Shown one piece after another: positions 38,868 through 53,409 of a DNA stretch of 64,000 nt. Source of the stretch: the human T2T-CHM13v2.0 reference genome, Homo sapiens; the NCBI RefSeq assembly GCF_009914755.1, contig NC_060942.1. One strand, written 5' to 3'. A program made the translations under genes and the position numbers. The notes beneath the pieces are model-generated. The model was not told the DNA's origin. It saw nothing but the letters and a program-made list of their open reading frames with translations, and ran no database searches. Each line of letters begins with the position of its first letter. The stretch's first letter is position 1.

Positions 38868-39762
38868 TCAGTCACAACTGTTAACTGTCTAGATGGACTC
38901 TTGATACATTGAGACATTCCAGGCATTCTATGAGTTTCATCTCCTTGGAGAGAAGGCTGGTAAGAGCCTTCTTACCAGCTCCAGGCTCACCTGCTTGTCC
39001 TGCACCTAGTCTATAGAGGAAACCCTGGGGTTCCCCATCGTCCTCCTGGAGGGTCCTTCACTCTATGCGTCACAGCCTCTGTTTCTTGAATCCCTTATAG
39101 TCCTTTGGTGTGGTTTACTCTCCTCCTTTGGAGAGAATCCTCCAATGCTTTCCTGATAAAGAGTACATGGGAGGTAATTTTTTTTTAGGCCTCACATGTT
39201 GAAAATGTCTTTATTCTATCCCCCAACTTAATTGATGTCTTCATCAAGAGATAGATTTCTATGCTAGAAATTATTTCTCATCTGAATTCTGAAGGCAGTG
39301 TTCTATTTTCTTTTAATGTCTTACATTGCTGTTGAGAAGTCTTATTGATCCATTGTACATAACCTGTTTTTTCTCTCTGGAAGCTTTTATGATCCTTTCT
39401 TTGTTCTCCAGGTTTTGAAATTTCACCACGATGTGACTTGGGAGTCCACTAGCAGTTAACTGAGGCATAGGTTTAGGGACTCGCTGAGTTAAATCTTCAT
39501 GCCTGCCTCACAGGGTTGTTGTGAGAATTAAATGAATTAATGTCTGTAAAATGCTTGAGACATTGCCTGCCACTTAGTTAAGTACTAGTTAAGCATTTGC
39601 TTTTATTAATATTTCACATACAGAAAATTATTTCCTAGAATTCTGGAAAGTTTTCTTGAATGATTTCTTTGATATCCTCCCTTCTGTTTTCTCTGTCCTT
39701 TTTTTTTTTTTTTTTGATCTCCTATTGTCTGTTGGCTCTCCTGTAATAATGTTCTCATTTAA

Positions 39763-40106
<344 letters not shown>

Positions 40107-40257
40107 TTGTGTGTCTTTCTTGTCCTACTCTGTGAGAGATTTCTCCAGCTTTATCTTCTAAATTTTCCATTGTGTTTTTAATTTCTTCTATCATATTTTG
40201 TATTCTCGTTACTGCATTTTGTTGTTTTTCTCTATTCTTTTTAAATGGCATCCTCTT

Positions 40258-40650
40258 TGCTGTAGTCTGAATGTGTTCCTCAAAATTCATGTGTTAGAAA
40301 CTTAATCCCCAATGCAACAGTGTCGGATGGTAGAGCCCTATGGGAAGTGTTTAGGTCACCAGGGCTCCACTGTCATGAACAGATTAATGCCATTATAAAA
40401 AGGCATGATGGAGGCAGTTTGGTCTCTCTTGTTTGCCTTCCACTTGCCATCATGTGAAGACACATTGTTTCCCCCTCTTGAGGATGTGCCATCTTGGAAG
40501 CAGAGGCCAGCCTCTCACCAGACACCAAACCTGCTGGTGCCTTGATCTTGGTCTCCCACCCTCCAAAATGACAATTATGAAATTTCTGTTCTTGATAAAT
40601 TACCCAGTCTCAGGTATTTTGTTAATAGCAGTTCAAAATGGACTAAGACA
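40258..40650 (+). mobile_element. MaLR solo LTR (MST-type)
   Basis: TG...CA termini; perfect 5-bp TSD ctctt at 40253-40257 and 40651-40655. Confidence 0.92.
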
Positions 40651-41577
40651 CTCTTCTTGTTTCATGGCAATATTTTCTTACATCTCTCTGAGAATACTAA
40701 TTTTTGAAGTTTCATTTCCCTGAAGAATTCTGTTTTCTCCAAGATTCTTTTTATTTTCCACCATTAATTTGTGTTGGGCTCTGTCTTCAAGTTAGAGGAG
40801 TTCCACAGATGTAGGTCTTCTTGGCTGCCTAATGTTTATGAGAGGGGTACATTAACAAAACCCACAGGAAGCTCTGTGCATGTGGCAAAGGCTTGCCAAC
40901 TGTGGGCTCCATGTATTGAGATTTGACTGGGTTACTGTGTTGGGGAACTCCCAATATCAATGTCCTTAGGGTCTTTCTCTTTGGCTGGTCAGATTGCCAA
41001 GTGACGATTCTTGCAATCTCCTGCCTGGAGGGCAAGAGTTTGGCTGCTAATAGTCTAGGGATAGTCGGTATCTCATTGCTTCAGTACAGTACACTATTTT
41101 CAACTGAGCCTGGTGTTTCCCAGCCTGGAGACCCTCCATTTTACCCTCTACCAAGGTATGGGAGAGGCAGTTCCCCTGCTACTGGAGGGGGTGGAAATCT
41201 GTGATCTAACTTTTTTTTATGCAAATTGGCAATCAAACCCCCTATTTTCAACCCAGCCTCACCCTCACCTCTAAAGGTAGAAGAAGATACTGCCAAGTCT
41301 CTTGGGGATTCTGTGACTCAGATTATTTCTTGACTTTCTTTACTGCTGATTTAGAAAGCAGCTTCTCAGTTCTACTAAGTTTCTTTTACTCATTATTATG
41401 CTTCCCAGCTTTCAAATCTTTGCTTCAATCAGTTCTCCAATTCTCTTTGCTTTTGTGGGTTTATGCCATTCAAAAACTCTTTCAGTGGTGTTTAGTAGGA
41501 GGAAGCAGAGGTGATTGTGTTTATCCCCAAATTTAAGTGCAGTCTTAGTTAATTTAAAGTTCATCAACAATGAAGTG

Positions 41578-41916
41578 TAATATGGTTTGGCTGGTCCCCA
41601 CCCAAAATTTCATCTTCAATTATAATCCTCATAATCCCCACCTGTCAAGGACGGGACCAGGTGGAGATAACTGAATCATAGGGGTGGTTTCCCCCATGCT
41701 GTTCTCATGAGATCTCACTGCACCTTGATGGTTTTATAAGTGCTCACTCTGTCCTGCCACCCTGTAAAGAAGATGCCTGCCTCTCTCTTTTGCTTTCCAT
41801 CATGATTGTCAGTTTCTTGAGGCCATGTGGAACTGTGAGTCAATTAAACCCCTTTCCTTTATAAATTACCCAGTCTCAAGTATTTCTTCATAGCAGTGTG
41901 AGAATGGACTAATACA
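41578..41916 (+). mobile_element. MaLR solo LTR (THE1D-like)
   Basis: atatggtttggctggtccccaccc...ataaattacccagtctc...tggactaataca. Confidence 0.88.
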
Positions 41917-42631
41917 GTGTTTTTATTTCAACCTTAGTAACACAGACAGCCTTCTGTTGGAACATCCTTGGGTATGAAGGATAACATATTTTTGTGGCTT
42001 ATATGCAGGAGTGATATTCAAAATATTGAACAACTGGTGTGGTGTGGGTGCTGACCAGTCAAGGGGAACAGCATCATTCTTGCTGCCTGCTGGCTGTATA
42101 TTATTGCTGAGTATGAACAAGGAAGAAACCATCTGAAGCAAAGATGAGCACATCCTCAATTGGAGTGCTAGGCAAAGTTCTGCTGTGAAGCGTGTTTTTT
42201 TCTTCTTTTCCTTGACCCTGTGCCTTGAATATAAATGTGCCTTGAGAGGGGGAATGATTGTGCAAGGGAAGAGGTGGCTGAGTCTCTGATGTGCGATGAA
42301 TGTCAACAGGGTGAGACTGATAAAAGAACAAAGCAAATGCAAAAAAGAAATAGGTCATTGTTACTGTCGGTAAGGCACCCCTGGACTATGGATTCTCAGC
42401 TCAGGGTTAGACAAACAATAGGAGAGGAAAAGACACACTCCTTAAAGAAATCTGGTTGCTGTGATTTAGGATTCAGATATGTTCCCTGGAAGTATGTTTT
42501 CAGTTTAAAAAGAAATATTGTAACATAGATTCAGAATGAGAATAAGAAAAAATGGGAAGACAGTTTAGATATTCTCAGTGTTTTTATGAGTGAGAAATAC
42601 CTGGTGATGACGTTTTCATTGTTACTCTTCT

Positions 42632-42918
42632 TTAAAAAATATTTAAAATTTTATTTTTTAAAAAATTTATTTCTGTCACTCAGGCTGGAGTGCAATAGTA
42701 TGATCTCGGCTCACTACAACCTCGGCTTCCTGGGCTCAGGTGACTCTCCTACCTCAGCCTCTCAAGTAGCTGAGACTACAGGCGTGCATCACCACACCCG
42801 GCTAATTTTTATATTGTGCAGAGACGGGGTCTCACTATGTTGCCCAGCATAGTCAGCGAATCTTCTACCTCAGCTTCCCCAAGGGCTGGGATTACAGGCG
42901 TGAGCCACCGCACTCAGC
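42632..42918 (-). mobile_element. Alu (J-like) with deletions
   Basis: TSD tcattgttactctt on both sides. Confidence 0.9.
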
Positions 42919-43152
42919 TCATTGTTACTCTTTATCAATGGTTAGGCTAACATACAGGAATTTCCTAATTTCTATCCTAGAAAATCAAATAAACAGTTCA
43001 CAGACTCACACTCAAGATGATCTATTGATAATAGGAATGGTAATTTAGAGTAACCAAATAGCCTCAGCTGATGAGGGAAAGCTCTGCTTTACATAATAGT
43101 GCTATGTAATTTCATAATAACTCCAAATAATGTATTTGGAATGAAAAATCCA

Positions 43153-43437
43153 GGCCAGGCGTGGTGGTTCACACCTGTAATCCTAGCACTTTGGGAGGCT
43201 GAGGCGGGTGGACTGCTTGAGCTCAGTAGTTCAAGACCAGCATGGTTAACATGGTGAAACTGCATCCAAAAAATATTAGCCGGGCTCGCACCTGTAGTCC
43301 CAGCTACTGGGGGGCTGAGGCAGAAGGATCGCTTGAGTCCAGGAGGTGTAGGTTGCAGTGAGCTGTGACGGCACCACTGCACTCCAGCCTGGGCAACAGA
43401 GGAAGACCCTGGCTCAAAAAAAAAAAAAAAAAAAAAA
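43153..43437 (+). mobile_element. Alu, sense
   Basis: ggccaggcgtggtggttcacacctgtaatcc...; A tail; TSD aaaaatcca. Confidence 0.94.
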
Positions 43438-44023
43438 TCCAACTCTGTGTGTGTATGTGTGTGTTTAATCAGCATTTGCAACCTCTAGTGAAATAATTGA
43501 TTCAGACAAAGATCATTAATAGATGCTAAAACCATTAGTTGAAAGGGCATAAGGAATTGGGTATTCCTATGGTGTCAAAGTATTGTACACAGAATACTTA
43601 CTACTTGCTGAGAGAAGATGTTTTTCTTTACAACGGAGAGTTCCATGGCCACCAGAAAATCAAACACCACACCGACAGTGAGATACACAGATGTGTGGAT
43701 CCTGATGAATATGAAAACACATCATCATCTATGCAATACGCTTGCCAAAAAATATTTACCCTAAATCTCATTAAGCTTTTAGAACTTCCCTCTTAGAGAC
43801 AGGGAATAGAGGAACCAGTTTCATGTATCACAAGGAAATCATCAGACAAATTCAGAATGTGGGACATTCTCCAGCTGGCCCTGTTTCTTCAAAAAGGGTC
43901 TAGGGCAAGCAGGCTGGCCTAGATTAAAAAGAGGTTTAAGAGACAGAACCATACATGATGCATATGTGTTCACTGGATTTTGTCAGAAAATGATGGAAGG
44001 TATTTTGGGGATGGTTGGAGTAT

Positions 44024-44191
44024 TTTATTTTTTAACTTTTATTTAAGCTCAGGGGTACATGTGCAGGTTTGTTGTATAGGTGAACTTGTGTCATGGGGGT
44101 TTGCTGTACAGATTATTTCATCACCCAGGTATTAAGCCTAGTACCCATTAGTTGTTTTTCCTGATCCTCTCCTCCTCCCACCCTCCACCCT
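44024..44191 (-). mobile_element. Short older L1PA 3'-end fragment
   Basis: caggggtacatgtgcaggtttgtt...gattatttcatcacccagg...cccaccctccaccc. Confidence 0.88.
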
Positions 44192-44476
44192 GACTGGAGA
44201 AATCTGAATATGGACTGAGCATTAGACACATCACAGAATCAGTTTTGCCAGGTGTCATAATGATATTGTGGCTATGTAAGCAAATGCCCTTCTTTGGAAA
44301 TGCATGCTAAAATATTTAGGGATGAGGTGTCATGATATAAATTACTTTGAAATAATTTAGCAAGAATAGGTAGATAGAGAGATATGAAGCAGATATAGAA
44401 GAATACTGATGTTGAATCAAGATGGTATGTATATAGATGTTCAATTGTTTTATTCTACTTTTATATTAGCTTGAAA

Positions 44477-44531
44477 GCCATTGCACTCCAGCCTGGCGAC
44501 AGAGCAAGACTCCGTCTCAAAAAAAAAAAAA
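44477..44531 (+). mobile_element. 55-bp Alu 3' tip with A tail
   Basis: gccattgcactccagcctggcgacagagcaagactccgtctc(A)n. Confidence 0.88.
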
Positions 44532-44532
44532 G

Positions 44533-44888
44533 TGTACTAGTCCATTTTCATGCTGCTGGTGAAGACATATCCAAGACTGGGAAGAAAAAAAAATTAACTG
44601 GACTTACAGTTTCACATGGATGGGGAGCCTCAGAATCATGGCGGGGGGCAAAAGACACTTCTTATATGGTGGCAGCAAGAGAAAATGAGGAAGACGCAAG
44701 AAGCGGAAACCCCTGATAAAACCATCAGACCTTGTGAGACTTATTCACTACCATGAGAACAGCATGCGTGGTGGAAACTGCTCACGATTCAAATTATCTC
44801 CTACTGGGTCCCTCCCACAACACGTGGGAATTATGCGATTACAATTCAAGATGAGATTTGGGTGGGGACACAGAGCCAAACCATATCA
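44533..44888 (-). mobile_element. THE1 solo LTR
   Basis: tgtactagtccattttcatgctgctg...gagatttgggtggggacacagagccaaaccatatca. Confidence 0.92.
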
Positions 44889-45539
44889 AGAAGTTTAAGG
44901 AAATGGCCTATGGATGCAAAATCACATAAACTTGGCCTGACAGTTTTGGGAGGAGTAAAAGTGAGTGTCTGAAAGGGCGGTTATTTGCACTGGGCACCCA
45001 GGAAGGGCCACTGGTGCTAAGTTCACCAATGTAATGAAGTGAGGGGTCATTCACTCCAGAAGGACTGAGAATTTTGGAAGAATTAATGTACTTAGAGTGC
45101 CCAACTTATTGTCAGCAATAATTTACTCACTGGCAAGATCGGACTGAATAATTCATGTTACAACTGCAATGAGAATACTCATGATTGCTGGTTGTTAGTT
45201 GGTTTTTGTACCCCAAATTAAGTCGCATAAAATTACTTCCTTTTCATTAGTTCTGAGAATGTGCTCTTTTCCTTTTCTTCCATTCATCCTTCCTTCCTTC
45301 TCTTTCTTCTCCTTCCTTTCTGCTTTCCTCTCTTCCCTTCCTTCCCTCCCTCAGTTCTCTTTCTCACCAATTCTTTCTCCAAATAATATTAATTGTCCCA
45401 TCCACTCAAGGCATAGATGTAGAGTGACAGTTAAAATGCAGAATTGCTTCCTGCAATGCTAAATTGTTCTTAAAGTACAGTTGTTGTTCAGGAAGTGTGT
45501 TTGCAGCCCTGTCCAGCTCCATTTCTGGTGTGATTTCAG

Positions 45540-45702
45540 GGAGCTGGACTGTGCCATGTTACGCCGCCTGGAGAAGAGGATTCTGGTCGATCTCCCCAGC
45601 CGGGAGGCCAGGCAGGCCATGATCTACCACTGGCTGCCTCCTGTGAGCAAGAGCAGGGCCTTGGAGCTGCACACAGAGCTGGAGTACAGTGTGCTGAGCC
45701 AG
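45540..45702 (+). CDS. KATNAL2: KATNAL2 coding exon, SRH arginine finger ([19 protein letters not shown]...YSVLSQ)
   Basis: atttcag| acceptor, CAG|gtcagc donor, 163 bp. The first G completes the Trp codon split by the 21.8-kb intron. RRLEKRI motif. Confidence 0.96.
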
Positions 45703-45894
45703 GTCAGCTGCCCTGGAGAGGGGCACATGTAGGTCAAGGGCCCACCATATGGCCATCTTGTAGACCAGGTCTTACCATGAGCTGATAGAAGCTTGAGACA
45801 CTTAGAATAAGATCCAAGCTGCCCCCGTAATGCAATGGGCATCTTCACGAAGAATAAGCTCCTTTTCACTTAAAAATATTCAGAGAAGGAGAAA

Positions 45895-46070
45895 CAATGT
45901 GAGGCAGTGGAAACAGCATAGGGTTTAGACTCAGAGAACCTATGGTCAAATCCTGGCCCTGCTGCTTGTTAGCTGTGTGACCTCGGAGAAGTCACTTACT
46001 CTTTGAGCCTGTTTCTTCATCTGTAAAATGGGTAGCAGATGAGCCACAAAGAATGACTGTGATGATTACA
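45895..46070 (+). mobile_element. MIR
   Basis: agctgtgtgacctcggagaagtcactt...cctgtttcttcatctgtaaaatggg. Confidence 0.8.
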
Positions 46071-46550
46071 TAACAGAAAAACTCCAGGTACATGTCTATT
46101 ATGCCCATTATCACTGGTGTCCATTCCCAGGGTGTTGCAGAAATGTTGCCTGCTTTTGGTGAACATTTGAACACAATGTTCTCTGAGGTTCCTAAATGGC
46201 AGGTATGATCTTATTTACAAGAATAAACGTGCCTACCAAATTTGACCATCCTTGGATTTGAGCACAGGGGCCCTGATAGGCTAACTTGGGTGTTCTGATC
46301 CTTCACTGGCATCTTACAGCATATTTCGATGGTGTTAGAAAGCCATTCTAGCCCAGCTGCTTAGGTTATCCCAACATGCTAGCAGGGTCTCTTCCTCAAG
46401 CACTGTTTATCTGGGAATCTTTTTAGGATGTTCATGGGTGACAGATACAGAATCTACACAGGGCTTCTGATACTGGGTCCTGCCTATAACAACGTAATGG
46501 CCAGGAGCATTCTGCCCACTGACCAATGGCTGGTTTTTTGGCTGTTTCAG

Positions 46551-46653
46551 GAGACTGAGGGCTACTCAGGCTCAGATATTAAGCTCGTCTGCAGGGAAGC
46601 AGCCATGCGGCCCGTGAGGAAGATCTTTGATGCACTTGAAAATCACCAGTCAG
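46551..46653 (+). CDS. KATNAL2: KATNAL2 coding exon, AAA lid ([34 protein letters not shown])
   Basis: gtttcag| acceptor, CAG|gtatgg donor, 103 bp; [16 protein letters not shown] motif. Confidence 0.96.
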
Positions 46654-47162
46654 GTATGGGTTGGATCACCATGAAGGTGTTCCAGGAATTTGTGTAAAAA
46701 TCCCTCTCACCAGCAGATGGAGCCTGGCGCCTGTTCTTGGTGCCGCTTTACACTTGGCAATGCGTTTTTTGGTCAAATCATCCCTCACTCAACTCATTCC
46801 TCCGTGGGTGTTCTGATTTGGATCGACTTTGCTTGCAGATGATAAACTCCTTAGGGCTCAGGCTTTTATTTCTCTGGCACACTCTGATGTTGGGCTGGAT
46901 CCATTTGAGGCACTATATAAATATTAAATAATACCTGGTAACGATACATTTAGGTCACATTTTTTTGTCTGGGCCTTAGGGGCTAACTCAGTTGCACGTT
47001 AAAGAATTTTTCCCCAGCCCTCTTTAGTCTTGCCTTTTGCTGCATTAACAATTAAGAATGCTGCATTATGCATTATTTTGAAAGAAGGTCTATTAGCGTT
47101 TCAAGAGCATTGATCACCAAGAGGTCGATTGTTGTGCTGTTACTGTTGTGTTCTTATCCTAG

Positions 47163-47302
47163 AAAGCAGCGACTTACCCAGGATCCAGTTGGATATAGTA
47201 ACCACTGCCGACTTTCTGGATGTGCTAACTCACACCAAGCCCTCCGCAAAGAATCTGGCTCAGAGATACTCAGACTGGCAAAGAGAGTTCGAGTCTGTCT
47301 GA
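47163..47302 (+). CDS. KATNAL2: KATNAL2 terminal coding exon ([10 protein letters not shown]...[22 protein letters not shown]-stop)
   Basis: tcctag| acceptor; Vps4_C-like terminal helix (Y..W..EF); TGA at 47300-47302. Confidence 0.96.
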
Positions 47303-48545
47303 AACCACATTTACCCTGACCTGGCCACAAAGGCAACCACAAAGACCTCCTAGTTTATTAATGTCCGTGGGAGAACAAAATGATTGGAATGGAAAAGAGA
47401 AAATTATTTTTGAAGACTGGATTAACTTGAGCCACTGTATTGTTTTGGATAGCTGAGATATATTTATTAACTTACCATTATCGATGTCAGCAAAATATTG
47501 AGAGTTTCAGTTACATACATATATGTGCTATTGGGTCATACAATGGAGATTTTTCTGACAATTAGACTCCATAAAATTTTAATGAACAATTTTCTGTAAT
47601 GTTACTCATTTGTAAACTTTTTAAGAAAAAGATGTACTTAGAAAAGTTGTGTTGGCCACACACAGGATGACCCTGAGTTGGGGCAGCCAAGTAGAAGCTA
47701 AGCTTGACAGGCACTGCCCAGCTGACAGTCCCAGGGTGAAGGAGGACGGAAGCAGGGAAGGCAATGCAGTCTGTTTCTCATTCCGGACAATATTCTGAAT
47801 CTCATCAGCTCCCCCTAATTCTGACTCCATCCAGCTTTGTCAGCAGCAAACCCCTCCCAAACTAAGCCCCACTCAGAAATGTCACTGAGCATTCTGATGC
47901 TAGAGCTAATAGCCAGGGTGACTAGCACACCATCACCATCAGCTGCCAGTCTGATTGTTTTGGGTTCTGGCCCCCAATAACATCTTTTCACTCTTCACAC
48001 CTCACATCCGGTGTGCTCTGCCCTTCTCTTTCCATTGCCGCAGCTTCTCATCAGATCCAAAGCTTAGGATGGGGCACCTAAGCTTCGAGAACATTCATCC
48101 CAAGTCTTCCCTGCTCTTAGGCTCTTCCCCCTCTCCTTAAGGGGTTATAAACAACTAGACGCATCTCTCTCAGAAACCCACAATCCGAGGCATCTACTTT
48201 CAACCCTTGATAAATTTTGAAGGCTTCTACTAAGTAATGCCACTTCTTTTCCCCCACTAGAACTTACCTATGGGAAATCACCTTCTTTTCTCTTCCTTGC
48301 CTTGTCTTCATCATCCCTGCAGACAGACTCTTCAAGAGGAAAAACCTCCAGAAAGAGACACTTTGGATAGCTAAGTATCCCAAAGGATTTTACCCTTTTA
48401 AACAAAACCAAAGCATTTTTTTCGGTATCGATTATTTTGAGATTATTCTCAAATGCCTCTTTAAACATCATTTCATGGAAAATGTCAAATTGAAAATATA
48501 CCTTATTTAACAAATTGAAAATAAAAAAGATTTCATCTCAGTACA
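47303..48545 (+). other. Probable KATNAL2 3' UTR
   Basis: Runs from the stop to about 20 nt past the first canonical AATAAA I found. A variant CATAAA at 47570 could give a shorter UTR. Confidence 0.6.
48520..48525 (+). terminator. Probable KATNAL2 polyadenylation signal
   Basis: AATAAA followed by CA dinucleotides about 15-20 nt downstream. Confidence 0.6.
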
Positions 48546-48598
48546 TGCTTAAACTTCTTCATAAGCATCAGGCACTACACCATGCAGCACCAGTGATA

Positions 48599-48948
48599 TA
48601 GAGAGTCCCCAGCCCCTGGGCCATGGACCCGTAGTACCCGTCCGTGGCTTGTTAGAACTGGTTTGCACAGCAGCTAAGAGGCAGGTGAGCATTACTGCCT
48701 GAGCTCCACCTCCTGTCAGATCAGCGAAAGCATTAGATTCTCATAGGAGCGTGAACTCCATTGTGAACTGTGCATGCGAGGGATCTAGGTTATGCGCTCT
48801 TATGAGAATCTAAGTAATGCCTGATGATCTGAGATGAACAGTTTCATCCCAAAAGCATCCATCCCCCGCCCCCTATCCAGGCCCACTCCGTGGAAAAACT
48901 GTCTTCCATGAAACCGGTCCCTGGTGCCAAAAAGCCTGGGGACCACTG
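48599..48948. mobile_element. MER1B-like hAT-Charlie element
   Basis: ctgagctccacctcctgtcagatcagcg...gcattagattctcataggagcgtgaac...aaaccggtccctggtgccaaaaag. Confidence 0.88.
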
Positions 48949-51900
48949 ACATAGATGACTCTACTTTGAATGGCCCAAGACTGATGTAAGGCCTAAGTTC
49001 CGATGTCTACTTTATGGTTTGGCGGGGGTTCTTCTTGTCAGAACTGACATCAGCTGACATTTCTTGTAGCTGCTAGTCCATTTGCTTGTGGCCACTACCA
49101 TCATTTCTAATTTTATAAAATCTCAACTGCTGTTGTGAATTTGCTGCAGTGGGAAAGTTGGTGCTGTATGTATACCCAAAAGTGACTGGGTAAAGGGGCA
49201 GGGGAAATGCTCCTCTGGATAGCAGGCTTCATGACAATACATTTAGGTCCTTTCTGCTTACTGCCCGTTCCTGAATTCATTCAGAATAAGTGCAGTCCTG
49301 CCATCCCTCACAGCAAATACACTTAACCTTCTTCCACTTCCAAAACCCCATATGCAGCCTGTGTGCCTGCTGCATCTCCACATCCTCCATTCCCTTTAAA
49401 TATCGCCTAGTCCATGTTTTTAACACTTCCACCTCTATTCAATCACATACTCAGTCCTCCTCTTTTTTCCTAAGAAAATTTGTCTTCAAATACTTCGGCA
49501 TGTGGATGTTTTTCTGTCACGCCTTTACTTTGGTGGCTTCTTCTTGATGCTTTATATATTTATTCCCACTTTGGATGAAATGAAGTGTAGCTCTTTCATC
49601 TCTCTGCCCTTTCCTTACCACATATACGTATCTGTCTCCATCATCCCAAAAGTTCTATTATGATTTTAGGTTAACTCAATAATCAATATTTTTAATAGAA
49701 CTGTACATTGTTAACTGCAGAGCCAGCTAGTGAATTAGAATTACATTTGCTTTCTTGTTTTGTCTTTCCTAGAATTAACAACTGCCTTGTTTTTCTATTT
49801 GCTTAATTTTCTAAGTATCTTTTTTTTTTTTTTAACACATTCTCGGACCTGTCAGATACCCATCAATATTCTTTTCCAAATGGCCAAACATACCAGATAA
49901 ACTTTCCACTCCCTTCCCACCCGCTCTGGTCCTGGTGTTCTAAGGGAAAGGGGAGCAGAAGACCATGGCAGAATAAGCAATTTGTACCTAATCAATTTCC
50001 AGCCCTGCATCTCACCCTGGCCCACCACCATGCCCACTGTTTCCATGGCCTTAATTTCCATGGTTCCATTTTTCCAGAGAATAATGGAAAATTTCCATTC
50101 TCCTGCCTTGACTAGGGGTTGGCATCTGACTGCTCAGGGTGGGGAAGTTTCCTGAGGCTCCAACTTCTAACCAATTCCTCACTTTCAATCCTGTCTTGTA
50201 CCTCACTTCCTCCCTACCTGCTGTCTGCAAGCCTTAAGTCTTTGAAGTTGTTCTACAGGATGAATTTTGGCTGTATTTTCTTTGCACTGATTTTGGCTAT
50301 CAACATTCCAACCAGTTTCCACCTTTCAGATTATTGTACCTTTTCATCCACTGATGCCTCCTCTACCTTCTCTTGTGGGCTGACCCTGTGGGTTTACATT
50401 TTATTCCTTTTACTCTTATTTTGGTGTGGCTTTGAGAAAAAGAGACCAACACATATGACTAACCTACTATGTTGAGTCTCTATGATTATTTTTTTAAAGT
50501 AGATTAGAAGTATATATCTAAGTTTACATAGGAGATTGGCCTGATAGCTGTTGGAGGAAAGTTTAATGTATTTTCTTCCAAAGCAGAGGTCACAGCCCAA
50601 AGACCTACAGAAACATGGAATGTAGTGGCAAATTAGGAGTAAGATGGATGTTAGGCAAAGCAGAGGTGGAGACGGTGGTGAGCTAGAGAGGGCCAGGGAC
50701 TCTCTGACACAGTAATGACTCTGCTCCAATTGGACATGGAAATTTGGATCTAACATAAGCCAGTTCTTCCCATCTTCCTAGAAAACCCAGTGGTTGATTT
50801 GCATTAGAATCTCCTGGTGTTCAGATGTTGGCAATCAAGGTTAACTATATGCCTGTAGAATTTCCACAGCCTGCTCCCACTCACCTTTAAAAGCCTTCCT
50901 TGGCAGACCATACTTACCTAAAGTAACCGCATTCCTGTTGGCCTTCTTCTTCATCATTCATCAATCTCTCACTGTATTCGGTAGCTGTGTATAAATGCAC
51001 GTGTTTCATCATTTGTTTGCTCCCTCCAAATGTAAGCTCCATGCCTGGAGTACTTTTTTTCACTGCCATTGAATGAAACATTATTTAAAATGGCGTAGGC
51101 CAAAGGCTATCTGAGCACTGTCTGTGACTACTACTCTCATGCATTTTGCTCACTGCTCATGATCTTAGAGGACTTACACAACCATTCTGAACATGTCAGA
51201 GTCCTTGGTATTGTTATAAATTTTTATATGTGTTAATTTCCCAACTAAAAGACACACATCTTAGGAGCCACAGCTGTATTCTCTCCATCTCCCTTATGCT
51301 TTACTCACAGAGAACATTAAATATCTGATTTTTTCAGGAAGATCAGCTAGTGAAACAAACAGGAGTTGAGCTGTGTATGACATAAAGAAAAGCACTGGAA
51401 AAAACATTCAAACTGTTTGAAACAAATGATTTCTGGTACTTTGGCACCCTCGTTACTGCTCCTTAAAGATAGCAACATGATTTGGGACAGGAGGCCTTGA
51501 TGGCTGGTATAATACGGAAGTCACCAAAAGCCTTGTGCATTTAGGCTGAAAAAAGCTTTTGTGACTTATGTCAAATAAACATGATAAGGCAAACACAGCC
51601 CTCTGCAAACAACTGCTAACATCACAAAGGGATTCTACTGCTTGAGGCAGTGTTTTAATGCAATAGGTTAGTGTCATTTAAAAAAATTCTCTATTATAGG
51701 TGCCCAAGGACTTCAGTTTTATCCTACATGAACACACATTGATCCAAAAACCAATTGAACACAATCAGTGTAGGTGTTTTTAACTTCTCTGTCCAACACA
51801 CTACTGTAAGTTCTAAAATGTGGGATTATGTGTGAAGTGACATATATTATCATTCCATGGGAATTTCTGACATCACGGCTAAAGGTAAAGTTTGATGGAA

Positions 51901-53409
51901 TTGTCACTTAGAATGAGGTAGGTTATCCTCCTTTTCCTTTCCTAGCCATTACGATTAGCTCTCACAGATGCAGAACGTACGGGAGGCAGAGCTACTGCAA
52001 CCTGTGGCTGACTCTGGAGGTGTGGGTGGAGGGGGTTGAATCTGTTTCCCCTGGACTGGAGCTCTGCCCTGCTCCACACTCCTGGCTCACAGCAGATGTG
52101 GGACACTCAACTCCCGACAATGGATGTTTTCTAATAACCTTTCCAGTCCCAAGGTGTCACATGGTCCCTTTTCTGGCCCAGGACAGGATTATAATAAAAC
52201 TGATGCAAACACCATCCTTGAAATTAATACCAGATAGCCCTTTAAATGGGACAGCCAGAAAATGAAGCCTAAGAAACTTCAGTTACTAAACTTCCTCCAT
52301 GAGGCCCAAGGCAGACTAACCAGCTGAGACTAACATGGATTGGAATGTTTATAAGTAAGATTTTTAGTTATTCTCATGAACCTTACTGTGGGCCGGTCAG
52401 TTAGCAAGTCCTATATAATGCTTGTTAAAGATCTCAAACTAAGATTTTCAGGGCTCACAGGGATTAAGTGGAATGGAAGAATGGAGAGAAGCCATTTCTC
52501 CCGGCTGAGTCCATCATGCTCAGGAGACTTTTACCCTCTTCACTTCCTGACCCATCAATGATGTTCCCTTCTTGGCTTTAGCTCTAACCTGTCTCCAGAG
52601 CATCTGATCCATTACTTCCAAGTGTTTATTTAATGGGGCCTCCCCTATGGGCAACTTTAAGACAACAAGTCTAAAATGAACATTTTCTCCTGCCCACTCA
52701 AAGCTATGCTTTCTAGCATTACATTCCTAAGATATTTAGTTTTTATTGGTTCAGTACCCATTTGAGTGCTTACCTGTGTTGCAGCAGATATAGGAAAGAA
52801 TGATGAAACTCAAATTTAACTGGGTAGCAAAATTAAAATTTAAAAAAATGAGATGCAGCCCTGTCTAGTGGGGAGAAGAGCATGTGAAGACATAAGTACA
52901 CTCTTCAAGTGCCACACGGACATGAAGGAGGGGACACCTTGCCCCATCCTGAAGTCAGGGACGACATCAGAGGACAGGAACGCCTCTGTGTGTATTCTTT
53001 TCCTTAGCTCTTCAACTGAAAAGGATCCTTGAGGCAAAATCTTTTTCTTAATATGCTTATTTCCCACCATAATCAGGGCACTCAGTGCACAGCAACTAGC
53101 AAACACTTGATAATGCTTGGGCCAAGGCATCACTGACCCAGGTGCCCAAGCAACAGGGCAAAATTGAAGGCAGCCCACCCACCAGGCACCACGCAGAGCT
53201 CTCTACCCACAGGCTGAGCTCTCTCTCTGTGCAGCTTTGCTCTGAGGAAGTCTAAATGTAGTAAAGAATATCCTTTTTTTTAATCCTTAGGAAGACTTTC
53301 TCCACTGAGATAAATGTAAAGATAAATTCTACCAACCTTTTTCAGACTGTGAAATGTGGAGAGTCCTGCTTCATCATCATCATCATCACAAACGCACAGC
53401 ACTCATCAT

